Below are positions 1 through 12,535 of a DNA stretch of 64,000 nt, one piece after another. The position numbers and the translations under genes were made by a program. The stretch comes from Laetmonice hystrix (Eukaryota): the NCBI GenBank assembly GCA_965235115.1, contig OZ249436.1, forward strand, positions 27,590,001-27,654,000, read 5' to 3'. Within the stretch, counting starts at the first letter, position 1. Each line of letters opens with the position of its first letter. The notes under the pieces are model-generated. The model was not told the origin of the DNA, searched no databases, and saw only the letters and a list, made by a program, of their open reading frames with translations.

Positions 1-467
1 TCCTTTTTTTTGCAACAAGTTGGATGTCGCAGGGATTTTTACGGAGAGATTTGAATCGGTGAGAATCGAGGAAAGAGTCTAGAGTGGGCACGTATCTGTA
101 AGTGAGCCAATTGATTAGCAGAGTTGGGATATCCCCCCCCCCCCTTTAGGCAGGGGAATTCATCATAGATTGGAGGCAGTTAAGAGAGTGGTTGGTCTTC
201 AAGTGAGCTGATATGGTGTTTGTTGCCGGGTCTGAGCGAGATAAGTGTGGGGCCGAACCATTCCATTCGTTCTCAAGCTGGATCCAGATAGCCAAGATCT
301 GAGCTGCATGCATGGGCAGGTAGCAGAAAATGGTCGTTGAGGCTGGACTTGGGAGATGAGGACTCTAAAAGGATTTTCCAGGCCGGATTGGCAATATTAT
401 AATGATTGTGATTTTGAGGTAGCCGGAGTATTAAAATAATTATCCTACCATCACTGCGCACCACTTA

Positions 468-617
468 CAGGGCCGTGCGCAGGTGGGGGTACACTTGGGC
501 GGGGGGAAATCATGTCAAAAGTGATAATTGTCAAGCCCTATACTTGATTTTAGATTTGGAGGGGGGAGAGGTTACAGACCCCCCAGACCCCCCCCCCCCG
601 CCTCCTCCACGGCTCTG
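468..617. mobile_element. Putative 150-bp MITE-like element
   Basis: Ends CAGGGCCGTG ... CACGGCTCTG form a 10-bp inverted repeat with 1 mismatch; G-rich left arm and C-rich right arm; no clean target-site duplication. Confidence 0.35.
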
Positions 618-3600
618 GCTTACATGGATGGTCCTGTTGGTAGAGAATGATATTGGAAGGCAAGGGGACAGCATAAGTCACATGATCTACAGTATTAGCA
701 AGTAAACAAATAACAATATCTGGATTTAAAAATTAGCTGTCAAGATGAACTTATCGATGCTGTTGACCTATGTAAAGCTTCAGGAACACGAGATGTCTTG
801 AAGCATTATGGATACTTTTTTATATTTGGCTAACAATTTTCTGGTTATTCACCATATGTATTACAATAATAGTACAATGCACTCAGATTCTCTTCTCTTC
901 ATTGTCATACATCCTTAATTACTCAGCTGGCCGTTTGAAATCTGGCGTCTTCAAATCAGAGTTAAATAAATCAAATTAAAATTTCTCTTATTTTATCATG
1001 ACCAGTATATTATATCATATTGCAGCTCAAAATATACTTGTAGGGAGGGACTTTTCCATTTAGTGTAAAGCATAAAAAAAAAATTGCAGTCATGACCTAA
1101 TAACGAAACCTGATTACTTTAGATTCTTTTTGATATGGGGCCACAGTTTAGTTCATGGGACTTCTTTGAAATTATAGACGGTACTAATAATAATAAAGGC
1201 AAGAGCACAGAGGTTATCCGTGCAGTAATTACGGATAAGGCCTGATTACACCGAGACGCGGAGTGTCATGTGGCGTATAAAACACACCTGGGGGTTGGCA
1301 ATACGTGGGCGTAGATTGTAATTATACGTCCTATGAATCTGGTGCTAATCACCCGAAACATTACACTTCTTATATAATACCCCGACCCTTTGTGAAATCG
1401 GTATTAGTATTACATCATTGATCAAAGTTGTGCCCGAGCATACTTAAGTACGCATTTACTGAGAAACGTGCAGACATCGGCGGTCACTCCCATTGTCGTA
1501 TTCTGTACATTATGTGAATGAACTAACCACGTGACGTCATTTCTGTTTGTAATTCTGATACCATTAAATCACCGACCAAGATGACTGGGGAATATATCAA
1601 CTGATTCCATGCAAACACCTCTGAACAGTTACCTGAGACAATTAAAAACGTTGAATATGGCGTGTGGTATGTCTGAACTGAGAAACACCCTACATTGCTA
1701 AAGTGGGGATGGTACTTTTTAAATTATGTCATATATATATACAAATGGATTGTAGACCTGCCGTTCATATATAATACCAGCATGAATAAAATTCCTTTTC
1801 TTATTTAAAAAAATCAGTTCATTCCAAGTACAGAAATATTTTCAGATGGAATAATTTTTTTATTGGCCCAAAACATGGAGAGTCAACCCATTGCGGCACC
1901 ATAACAAACTAGAAAGTCTTTTACAACACTGTTCTTGATACGTTGACTACAAACACAAATACAGGGACTACATAGATGCCATGATGCATACATTAAACTT
2001 GAAATCCGAAGGGCAAACAGCAGTGCATGGGGAGCGTGTGTGTGAGCAGGCTCGGCAAACAACGGTGGAGTGTCGATGAGGGGCGGGTCAGTGGCACCCG
2101 GCTTCCTTGGCGTTATGAAGAACGGGGTTCTTTATGAGGTCGCCGGGCAGGTGTGGTGTAGCCACCGAGTCAGGTGGGCCAAAATGGGCGCCGCTGCTGC
2201 CGCTAGCGCCAACCTGGTGTCCTTGACTTGGGTAAGATTCAAATAGATGCTCCCTTAAAGGTGTCACACTCAGGTCACTTACCTCTGGGGGTCAGAGGCC
2301 GGGGTGTCGGGGCAGGGGTCAGCTTCACTTGGCCTCCCCAACATGTGGGTTCACACAATATGGGGGTTCCATGGGATGGTCATGTAATGGGCCCTTTGTT
2401 CGGCCCAACCCAGCCAGCCTCAAGGGTCGGTTGTTTGGATGGTCAGGAGACCAGGCAGGCAGGAACAGCTGGTCCTGGCGTGACGGCCGCCAATGGCCAA
2501 CAGCCGCCCCCACCATTGGTCATATAGAAATGTACCCCCCTCTTTGCAGTTCACCCTATACCATGGGTTGAACTCTATACTGTGTGCTGCAGACTAAAAT
2601 AACCCTCCTAGATTATTTTCACTTCATGAAGGAGGCGGTTTTAGTTATCACAGCAGGTAGACGGATACGTAGGCCTGATATACGTACTTGTGCATGCATG
2701 ATATACCAGAGACACTGGGAAAACGTCATCGACTCGTTATATATCGACCATAACATAATTGAATGGATAGTTAACGTCTGAAACTTTCCTCCCGAGATTC
2801 TGCTTTATGACAAAAGACTTTTGATTAATATGTTAAGTAAAGTTTGCTCTTTGCTGAACCATTTTGTATTTTGTACAGAACATTTGGGGGGGGGGGGAGG
2901 CTGAATTATTAGGAAGGAAATAAATAGCTCAAACAGTGTATGACATGCGGGAAGTCCTACTGCTTGTGCAGACGGCGGAGAGCCCATGAACACAAAGCAT
3001 GAAGAGGAATGTGAGAGATGTGCTAGGACCGTCGGAGATAGCTTTGGGTGTCAGGAAACAGCCGGAGTGTGGCTGAGGCAGGTCTCAGGCAGGGGAGTAG
3101 ATTGGGTCTCCGGTGAAGGTAATCCGGCCTCCGGGCCTGTAATCCCCCGGCCAAATATTTGGCTTGGCCGGGCAGTGGTAAAAGTCTGCACAGTTTGATA
3201 GGCCGCCTGGTGCTGACATGGCGTGAAGTGGCCATGCAAAAGGTTGAGGAAAGTGACGCTTCATGGCGAAGGGTCTCGGCAGAAGGCGATTCAGGCAGTT
3301 CAGTGCTGATCAAGGATAATGTTTTATAGTGCCATGATTTATTGTTGGTTTAAATGAGTGGTTATGCAAGCTGCCCAGGAAGCTCTTTGTGATTGACTTT
3401 GAATTTTTTTTTTTTCAAAAAGAGTTAATGCTCCATTAGTAAACATGCATGAGATAATTGCTTGGTGTTGTGTCATTGTTGTGTTGTTATGTTAAAAATA
3501 GCCGAACCGTTCATGAATCATGCATGGACAAGGGGAGAGAAAACATGTTTGTTTTTACTGGCTCCCATTAATTTATTGACAATTCCTGATTGAATTTTGC

Positions 3601-6600
3601 ATGGCAATGTGACCGATTTGGGTCATATCTGACCTGTGGCCCTCATGGTCAGATGACTGATAGTGGGCAGGTCAGCTTGAACTCTGACCCTGTCTTAGTG
3701 CAGCTGTGGCAAGTGGACCACAGATTGTAGCATTGCATGCAGAACATGCATGTTCACATCTTAATCGTAGCCGACCAAAAAACCCGCCAGGAAAGCTGCA
3801 TCAAACCTCCTGGTGCCCCCATCATGGCAGGCCAAGATCCGCCCGCGCTCTCCTGAATTTCATCGCGCAGCCGTACATAGAGAAAAAAAAGTCGTCTTTT
3901 TTTCCTCCAAATAATTGAAGGAAGACTGATGAGGGCTCTTGGCAACGTGAAGGGAAAGGGGAGAAATAATCATTTCCAGGCAACTACCCGTGACACGTTT
4001 GTGGGTGGAGAACATATCACTGTACACGTTCGTGCCAGGCGTGATGACTTCGTTTTCAACAGCAGTCGCCCTCAGTATAGACAACATTCATATGTAATTT
4101 ATTACATAGCATGTAGTTTCAAACTGAGTACCAAGTCCGTAAATATTTGGAAGATGAATAATGAGATTCTTTTGTAGTCATCTCGTTCCTCGGGGCTTTA
4201 ACCCACCACCCCTTCCTAGTCACTAGAACGGCGTTCTCGGGGATTTACCCCCCCCCCCCCGCCCTTGCCCTTCCACCCCAGCACCCAGTAGTGTCTATTA
4301 GTGACAGTAGTGCCAAGAGGATTAGAGTAAACTACAGGCGCTGTGTGTACTTTCCATCCACCCTGGACAAACTGTGTACTCTGGGGGTTCCTGCCGGGCT
4401 CAAACAAACTGTAACCTCTCGGCGTTTGCCACATCTTCTTGAGCGTTCCATGGCAGCAATCAGGACGGTTTGAGAGGAGGCCCGAGTGGCCTTGTCCTTG
4501 CCTCAGTGTCGTCCCATGGCTTTACCCCGGCACGGCAACCAGAGGCCTTTCTTCTCCTCCCATAAAGAACAGAGCATGCCTCGGCCACTGGCTCTTGGCT
4601 CCGGTGGAAACACCCAACCACAAATTGCCTGCTGACTGAGTGAATAATGAGGGGGAGTCTTTCCACGAGGTCTAATGTGTTAAGCTGCCTATACACATTG
4701 AAAGAGACAACTTGGACTAATGCTAGTCCTTTGTCCTCCTGGTTCAGTCGACTGAGCACTTGTAGCCCTGTTCTGCTATCTTTAGTTGTTTGCTGGAAAA
4801 AGGCAGTGAAGGCCATGGCTGCCTTATTGACCATGCCTGCCATGGTGTTTGCTTGTACCACCTGTCATATCTCAGCTCTGACAGAGGATGGCAAACACAA
4901 CTTCACATGGGGAGAGCAAGTTGAGAAATGAGGAAAGCGTGTTATTCTTGTTGGAGGCGACGAAGGCCACAGTGAATTTCTGAATGGAGTGGGCGAAGCA
5001 TAGAAACAAGAAATATGTTTTGTGTTTGCATTTGGCCGGTGGTTATCCGCAATAAATGTCCAAAGAAGAGGACATCAATTCTCCATAAATGAAGAGTGAG
5101 CCATTGACTTCTCCAGAACAGAGCTTATTATTTCATGTTTCCTTGAAATAACGTTACGATTTGTATTGATTGCGGGCCAAAGTACTCTGAACACATTCTC
5201 TCGAAATAATGTGGAACAGATGTTAGAACAGTTCCCTTGCCTTTCTTTTTTAAATTCTCATAGAAAACAATAAGACGTGAAAATAAATCAGCTCAACATG
5301 AAGTTCTCTGCTTAGTGTTGACAGATTGCCACTAATTTGGTTAGAACTCGCTGCATTAGATTTATCAGATCATGTTCCTTGCAGTTTATGCAGTCGTATG
5401 CAATATCTCAAGAACTGTCGTCCCATCCCCTGGTTTCCTATAGAATTGAGCTAATTATATTCCAGTGTTACTCGAACCCGAGGTCAAGAAACTCTTTTTT
5501 TTTGTACCATGCCTGAAAACCAGCTGAATTGAAATCTTGTTGAAAAGGCTTCAGGACGAGACGAGTAAATCGGTCAAATTATAGGCAACATAATGCTCTC
5601 ATATCAGGGAAAAATAGTACGTTTAAAAAGCAGTTGTCATATATGTGGGAAAATAGAGGTATAAATTGTGTGTTGCGTTGTAGTACTATTAATTTTAAGG
5701 GGAAAATACTTTTTTCATGACTTTTTGCGGGTGGAAATATGTAGTCTTAAAAATGCAAGGGTCTAATCATCCCTTAGCAAATAGCATGATGCCGTCAAAT
5801 TACATATGGCTTGTCATACATAAACATGTCATCCACATACGTATTGTATGTTATGGTTTGCATATGACTTTGAGTAGGATGCTTGAAAATGGTGGCAATA
5901 GTACGGAGTAATCAAGTTTCTGATTGAAGTCAAAAGTGTATTTCCCTCCTCGCGCCTTCTCATTCTGCGCCCCCAAAGCTGCCCGACATGTGTGTTGTGT
6001 TCGCGAGCCTTGCAGGTGGCCATCATTTACTCTTTCATCGGCCAACACACAGTTTCCTTACCACAAAGGTAAACAGCTCTAATCTTACTGAGAGTCGAGC
6101 GGGTTGGTTGCGCTAAGACCCGCCATTGTGTACTCTGTATACCCCCCATTTGCCCCCCTGCGTGGCTTGGCCTTCGAGCCTCCCAGCAGAAAATACAAGT
6201 CTCTTTGAACAGATTCTCCGGCGGGGATGCTTTTAACCAGGCTGGAGTTTTATGGTCGGGTCAAGTTTAACGACGGCCCTTCCCCCGACATAGGTGTCAT
6301 TATCGGCTCTGGTAAGGGGAGACTGAGTCATTGCAAGCAGACTTGTAGATGGGTAAAAGGATTTTGCCTGGCGCTAACTTTTCTTGACCAGGGTGGGCTG
6401 TCGGACCACTTAGTCAGATCTAAGTCTGTCATGTATTTTCTTAACGATCGGCCTTTTTGTTTTCATGTCTTTTTATTCTTTTAAGAAAGGCCCCAAACAT
6501 CTTACCATTTTAGAATCCGTCTTGAAGTTTGGGGATCATTCTATACCAGAGAAAGCTTTCCTGGTATAGCTTATGTTTCGTAAGATAGATTCATGACCTG

Positions 6601-6623
6601 AAGTTGCTTTCAGTGCAGTCCCA

Positions 6624-7047
6624 TAAAATTTCTGTTATAAAATGTTAGGTATGTTTGGGGAGCATTCTATACTAAAATTTCTGTTACAAAATGTTAGGTA
6701 TGTTTGGGAGAGCATTCTATACTAAAATTTCTGTTACAAAATGTTAGGTATGTTTGGGGAGCATTCTATACTAAAATTTCTGTTACAAAATGTTAGGTAT
6801 GTTTGGGGGAGCATTCTATACTAAAATTTCTGTTACAAAATGTTAGGTATGTTTGGGGAGCATTCTATACTAAAATTTCTGTTACAAAATGTTAGGTATG
6901 TTTGGGGAGCATTCTATACTAAAATTTCTGTTACAAAATGTTAGGTATGTTTGGGGAGCATTCTATACTAAAATTTCTGTTACAAAATGTTAGGTATGTT
7001 TGGGGAGCATTCTATACTAAAATTTCTGTTACAAAATGTTAGGTATG
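6624..7047. repeat. Minisatellite, 49-50 bp unit (taaaatttctgttacaaaatgttaggtatgtttggggagcattctatac), about 8.6 copies
   Basis: Copy starts at 6624, 6673, 6723, 6772, 6822, 6871, 6920, 6969, 7018; head-to-tail with no spacers. Confidence 0.97.
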
Positions 7048-8712
7048 ACTAGGTGGATTTTTGTATAATACACTCACAGAATTGGTAGAAAGTTTTACAC
7101 ATCGTAGTCTAAGGCAGTGTAATAAAAATTGTATTAATCGCTATAGAATTAGCCTAGGAGTTTCATATTTCATTTAACGTGCAACACAAATTGCCTATAG
7201 ATCACTCCACATTCGTCTTCTATTATATCTTTCTTTGCGAATGCTAGAGGTAGCTAGAAGTAGAAGGGGTAGAAAAAAAAGAAATGGTGCTAATAGTGAT
7301 GCCCTCAGAAGCACTTTTAGCCTTGCTAGGAGAAAGACTGACTGGAGAGAATACAATAACTGTGTGTATTTTACCATGTTTGTGGAATTACAGAATATGT
7401 AAACAATGGCCAGTATACATGGGGGTGACCTCAAGTAGTCACTAGCATGTGTGGGTTGATTTAGAAGCCATACAATATTCCACAACCTTCATTGTGAGGA
7501 CTTGCCTCCCAGTGGACCATGCAGGTCATGCAATTTGCAAATTATAGCTAACCCAGTCCCATATGCTGCAGCTACTAAGAGCCAGCATACACCTGCTAAA
7601 CTCAGGCCACAGACGGATGTTGCCATTGTGTTACGCACAAAGAGCCCACGGGTCTTTCTATGCCAGAGACAGAACAATTCTTCTCCAGCACATGACTAAA
7701 GAGACCTCATTCATTAAACAAAAACTTTCAAACGTTCCCTGAACGAAAGGATGGTTTTATGTTTCAGAGACAACTTACATGTACAGATTAATGGTGAAAA
7801 CCTAATTCAGGGGGAGGCGAGTTACAACTTTCATCATAATAGCTTACAGCAGACAAAGTGGATCGTATCAGAAACGATATTTAACGTGTTCATTATTGAA
7901 AGGATATATGGCATGATGGTGTCGGGGAGAAACATAGGCGGTAGGTGATACAAGAGAGAAGATGGCTGACGGGGGAATATGGCCGCCTCTCACTGAAATA
8001 GTATCTGCACCCGTCCGCAGCGGAGAACACAGCGAATTCCCAGCATACCATCTGTATGAACCGTCCAAGTACAACAAGGCTTTAGGTTGCCCTGATTGAA
8101 ATGTGAGCATGCTTCATATCCTCATCATAATGGTGGTGATTATAGTGGAGGAAAGGAGAGATTTCGAGGGGCGTACAATTCAGTAGTGTGATTATAAAAC
8201 CTTGTCAACCTTGTGTAGCTGGAGACCTAACTTCTTTATTCCTATTAGTGTGTTGTGCCAAGGGAAGCTAAACCTTGTTCGTCAGGCCAGGTTTCTATAG
8301 TGCTGCTCACACAATACAAGTCTCTCATACACCATATAATCCGTAGTAAAGACGGCAATTAACAACCAGTATTTTTTTTTCTCCCTCTGGCTTCTGAAAA
8401 GAAGGCTCTCGTGCTGATTTTACTGCTCAATAAAACAGAAACAAAGGAACTGCCTTGTATCATTGTGTGTTCAGAGCAGATGTCAGCTTCATGAGACCAT
8501 GACTGTGAAAAAACGGCACAGTTGGGGGGGGGGGGGGGTAGGGTGTGGGTAATGTGGGTCGGATTTAGTGGTTGTCAATGAGGGTCTGCCGCCGCCTTCC
8601 AGATAGAGATTGGTAGAACATGTTATTACCTAGACTTGATAAGTCGACTGAATGTACATGAGCATTTAATATTTCTGTTATTGTTGGACTGGATGGCCAG
8701 CGGCCAGTCACG

Positions 8713-8925
8713 NNNNNNNNNNNNNNNNNNNNNNNNNNNNNNNNNNNNNNNNNNNNNNNNNNNNNNNNNNNNNNNNNNNNNNNNNNNNNNNNNNNNNNNN
8801 NNNNNNNNNNNNNNNNNNNNNNNNNNNNNNNNNNNNNNNNNNNNNNNNNNNNNNNNNNNNNNNNNNNNNNNNNNNNNNNNNNNNNNNNNNNNNNNNNNNN
8901 NNNNNNNNNNNNNNNNNNNNNNNNN
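8713..8925. other. Assembly gap (213 N)
   Basis: Run of N in the sequence. Confidence 0.99.
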
Positions 8926-10473
8926 GGGGTCAGACAGGGATTGCTCTGTTTATTCAGCAAACTGTTCGTTTCATTGATGTTCTCTCGGCACATACAGGCA
9001 CACAAACATCCACACATTATTATTATACAGCCAACCCCCCAACCCCCCGACTTACACTCACCATTCCTCTCCCATGGGACATTCTTTATGTTGCGCATGG
9101 CGGGGAAGGAATGGCGCTTGTTTGATAAAACAGAAAGATATCAGGCACATATTAACGGATTGTGTTTACCAACTTTTCCAGCAAGCAAGGTCTTAAAAAC
9201 TGTTGTCGTGCATATGCATATTTATAAGGAGCACCCGTCGCTTCCCCCTCAGTCATATTTCACTGATGAATTTGTCTTTTTTTCTGGTTACAGAGTTGCT
9301 TAATAGACTTGGAAATATTTCAGGTCACCACTTGAATTGCGTCCAATCCACGCAGTCACGCTCATTACGGAGCAGTACGACGATTCCCAGCGTTTCACTG
9401 AGAGTCGTTATTGATGACGGGTGTAATTAATAGTAACTGCCACCGGAGCCTCTGGGCCTGGCGCCACGAGCATGTGTGCAAAACTGATTTACATTTCGAA
9501 ATGGACTCACAAACACTGATATAGACAGGCACTCCTCTGGCAAATGGTAATACGCTCCAGTCGTAACTACGTCCCAGCAAACAGCATATGGTCAAAGCGC
9601 GCTAATTTTCCAGGCTGGCTCCTAGGCATTCCGTTAACGGTGCTGCTGCCTGACGAATGCAGGTACCACCAGGATCCAGGGACAGCGACACCGGGAAAAA
9701 AATCAGAAGGAATCTGTAATGAACTGTGCGGAATCCAATTTACACTTTATTTCATCCACTATGATTAATAATTGCCCATGTCAACCATGCCGTTAAATAT
9801 ATTTCAAGTAGAGAGAGTAATTATCTCGAGGACCCATAGTTCATTCAATTTATGAGCTCTTGTGAATTGGTTTTGTTTCTCGGTAAGGCGGAGTGTTGCA
9901 GTAAAAAGAGGGGGGAGGCGTGTGGAGGGATGGGGAGGGAGGGAGGAGGATGTAGCATGCAGAGGCTGCTGCGCAGGCTGCGCGAGCAGCGTTATCGTGA
10001 AAGATATTTGTGGGATTTAGCTCAGCCCACTAAGCTGATTTGTCGGTGTGTGTTTGTGATGATGAACAATAACATTGTCTCTCACGCTTGAAGCCATAGA
10101 TTGCTCTTGTTGGCAGAATCTGGCGGGAGGGAGGAGGAAGCGGAGATGACATCCTGGAAGTTAGAACACCACACGCTCCCAACACATGCATTCATTATGG
10201 TAGCGGAACCATGCGTTTCTACCGTTACCGGCACCTCTCCCCCTCCCTCCCCGCCCCTCTCACCCAGTGGCCTCCTTCTCAACCAAGATATTAGTAATTA
10301 ATGATGCAATCCAAGCCATACATTTGCCCAACACTGCGCACGGCATGTCATTCTTGCCATGTCAATGGCCCTTTGGCGTGCTTGCGTGTGCTTGCCCTGC
10401 TGCGTGGGGGGTGCGCGTGTGTATGTGCGGTGGGTGCATTATGTTGTAGGTGCCTGAATTCACCTTCTCCCTT

Positions 10474-10499
10474 CACCACCACCACCACCACCACCACCA
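10474..10499. repeat. (CAC)n microsatellite, about 8-9 units
   Basis: Read directly. Confidence 0.9.
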
Positions 10500-12496
10500 T
10501 CAGCAGCACCACCGGCTGCCGGCCGTGCACCACTGATGAAATATAGACCATGTCGGGCCAGCCCGGCTTATATTAGACCGTACCTCATGGTCGTAACGGT
10601 TGGGTTTGTCATAGCATCACCTACAGTTGGGGCCCGCAGTCGGTGCCTTACCATCAGCGCTTATAGTGCAGTGAACCCAGTAAAAGCATCCGGTGTTGTG
10701 AGAGAACCGCCCATAACTCCCTGTAACATCCAACATGCCAGTCCTTCCCGCCAATTAGAACACAATAGATGCTTGGTTCCTGATAGACCTTAATTCTGAA
10801 GGTTGTAGGGAAAAAAGAGGACCCCCATTTTGTGCCCTCTGTGTAAGAGATTGCAGTGAGACTGGGGCAAAGAGAGCTATCTGCTAATGTAATCTCGATT
10901 GCTTGATGCTCATCCCTCCATTTGCTTGATGGAGCTCAGCGAGAGACAATAATGTTATTACAATTGGTCGGCTCACAGATTGGGATCTGCCCTCACCCCC
11001 CCCCCGTGGGCTCCCTACTACTACCCAGCTTGTCTCTAGTAGAGTTGAGTTGACAGAATAGAGTATTTTTTTTAACTATAGACCGTTGGATCCATAGCAG
11101 GATCCGTATTGGGGCTGTGTGTGGCTCGGAGATTGAGGCAGTGACTGCCATCTGTCTGCCTGCTAACATGTGCGTGCAAGGCTCGTCAGGAGGGATAAGG
11201 CTGCTACTGCTGCTGCTGCTGCTGGTGACCTGTTTGAAGATCCACAGCAGTTACATCTGGCAGTTGTCGGAGTGGATCAGTGATGAATGGCAGATCAGCA
11301 GTGGATAAATCATTTAGGGAAGAGATGCAGAGTGATGTGATCCTTTGTCGGATGCCGAGAGGGTTGATCCCCAGGGGCACGTGGCGCGGCTCTGGACTGC
11401 GGCCAGGGCGGGGGTTTGGGCTGGGGCCCGGGGGCAGGGGGCGGGGGTGAATACAAGAGATGGGCATGTGGGGACGACACTAGGGGCAGGTGGGATGGGT
11501 GGGGCAGCAAAGGACGTTGGGTGGGGGGAGGGGAGTCATCAAGTATGCAATGCTGGTTCGCCTGCACGCACCAACGGGCAGGGCTGAAGGAGGGGGCTGC
11601 AGCCTCCATGCCGCAGTGCACATTACACATTAGCTGGAAAAGCAACTGTAGCAATAATATACAGGGATACTAGCCACACAGACATTGGTCTTGTATTAGG
11701 ATTGTATGTCCTGAGTTGTATTGTTAGATGCTAAAGTCTAGATCTCTCGAGACAGATCATATTCCCTGAAGCTTCTTTACCAATGTACAGAATAAACAAA
11801 TCAAGGCATCTTTGACCATGAGTGAAACACATAGCACGACTACACTGCTGTCGCCCGGAATGTCCAATGGAGCCGTGCCAGCAAAGAAAGCCAAGAACAG
11901 ATATTTGATATGTATGCACTCACAAAGACCGTTGTGTTTTATTGGGTTTTGTACGTTCTGGTTTCTGTTAGCCTCTGGTGTTAGATCAAATTCCCTTCAA
12001 CATCTGCGTGATCGTGGATCAGAAACATCGAAATATACTGCTGTCATGTCACTTTAGATCTTAGTCGGAATTAGTGCATTATAACCGACAGTTTTCAACC
12101 ACTCACTTCAAGGAAATTGACTTGCCAGTTTCAGACAATAAAGCAAAAAGGAGGGGGAGAATCACTTCTTGCCTCTTTTGTGTGCCTGCAGAGCGTGACC
12201 TGTAAGTTAATGGTACATGTCAGCATGGCCACTGACACACGATACAAGGCAGTGGTGGCTGGGCCGGTGATGGTGGTGGGGTGGGGGTAGGGGATAGGGG
12301 GTGGGTTTGGGTGGGGTGGGTGGAGGTTGTGGGAATGGATGGGGTTGAAGACGGATCAGGGGGCCCAAACGTTGACACGTCAAGCGACAGATTCAACCAT
12401 CCTCAAGACCCATTGTCGCTTGATGACAGTGATCGGGGGAGGCAAGCCAGCGGCTGAGGGCAGATCAGGGGTTGAGCGATTTGGGGTGTGGGGTTA

Positions 12497-12535
12497 GTGG
12501 TGGTGGTGGTGGTGGTGGCGGGGGGGGGGGGGGGG
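12497..12535. repeat. (GTG)7 microsatellite joined to a G16 tract
   Basis: Read directly. Confidence 0.9.

Noticed and set aside
3146-3172. GCCAAATATTTGG shared with 41601, with alternative short hairpins
   Set aside because: A single 13-mer recurrence with no extended similarity.
8565-9098. 177-aa and 113-aa ORFs
   Set aside because: Artefacts of translating across the N gap.
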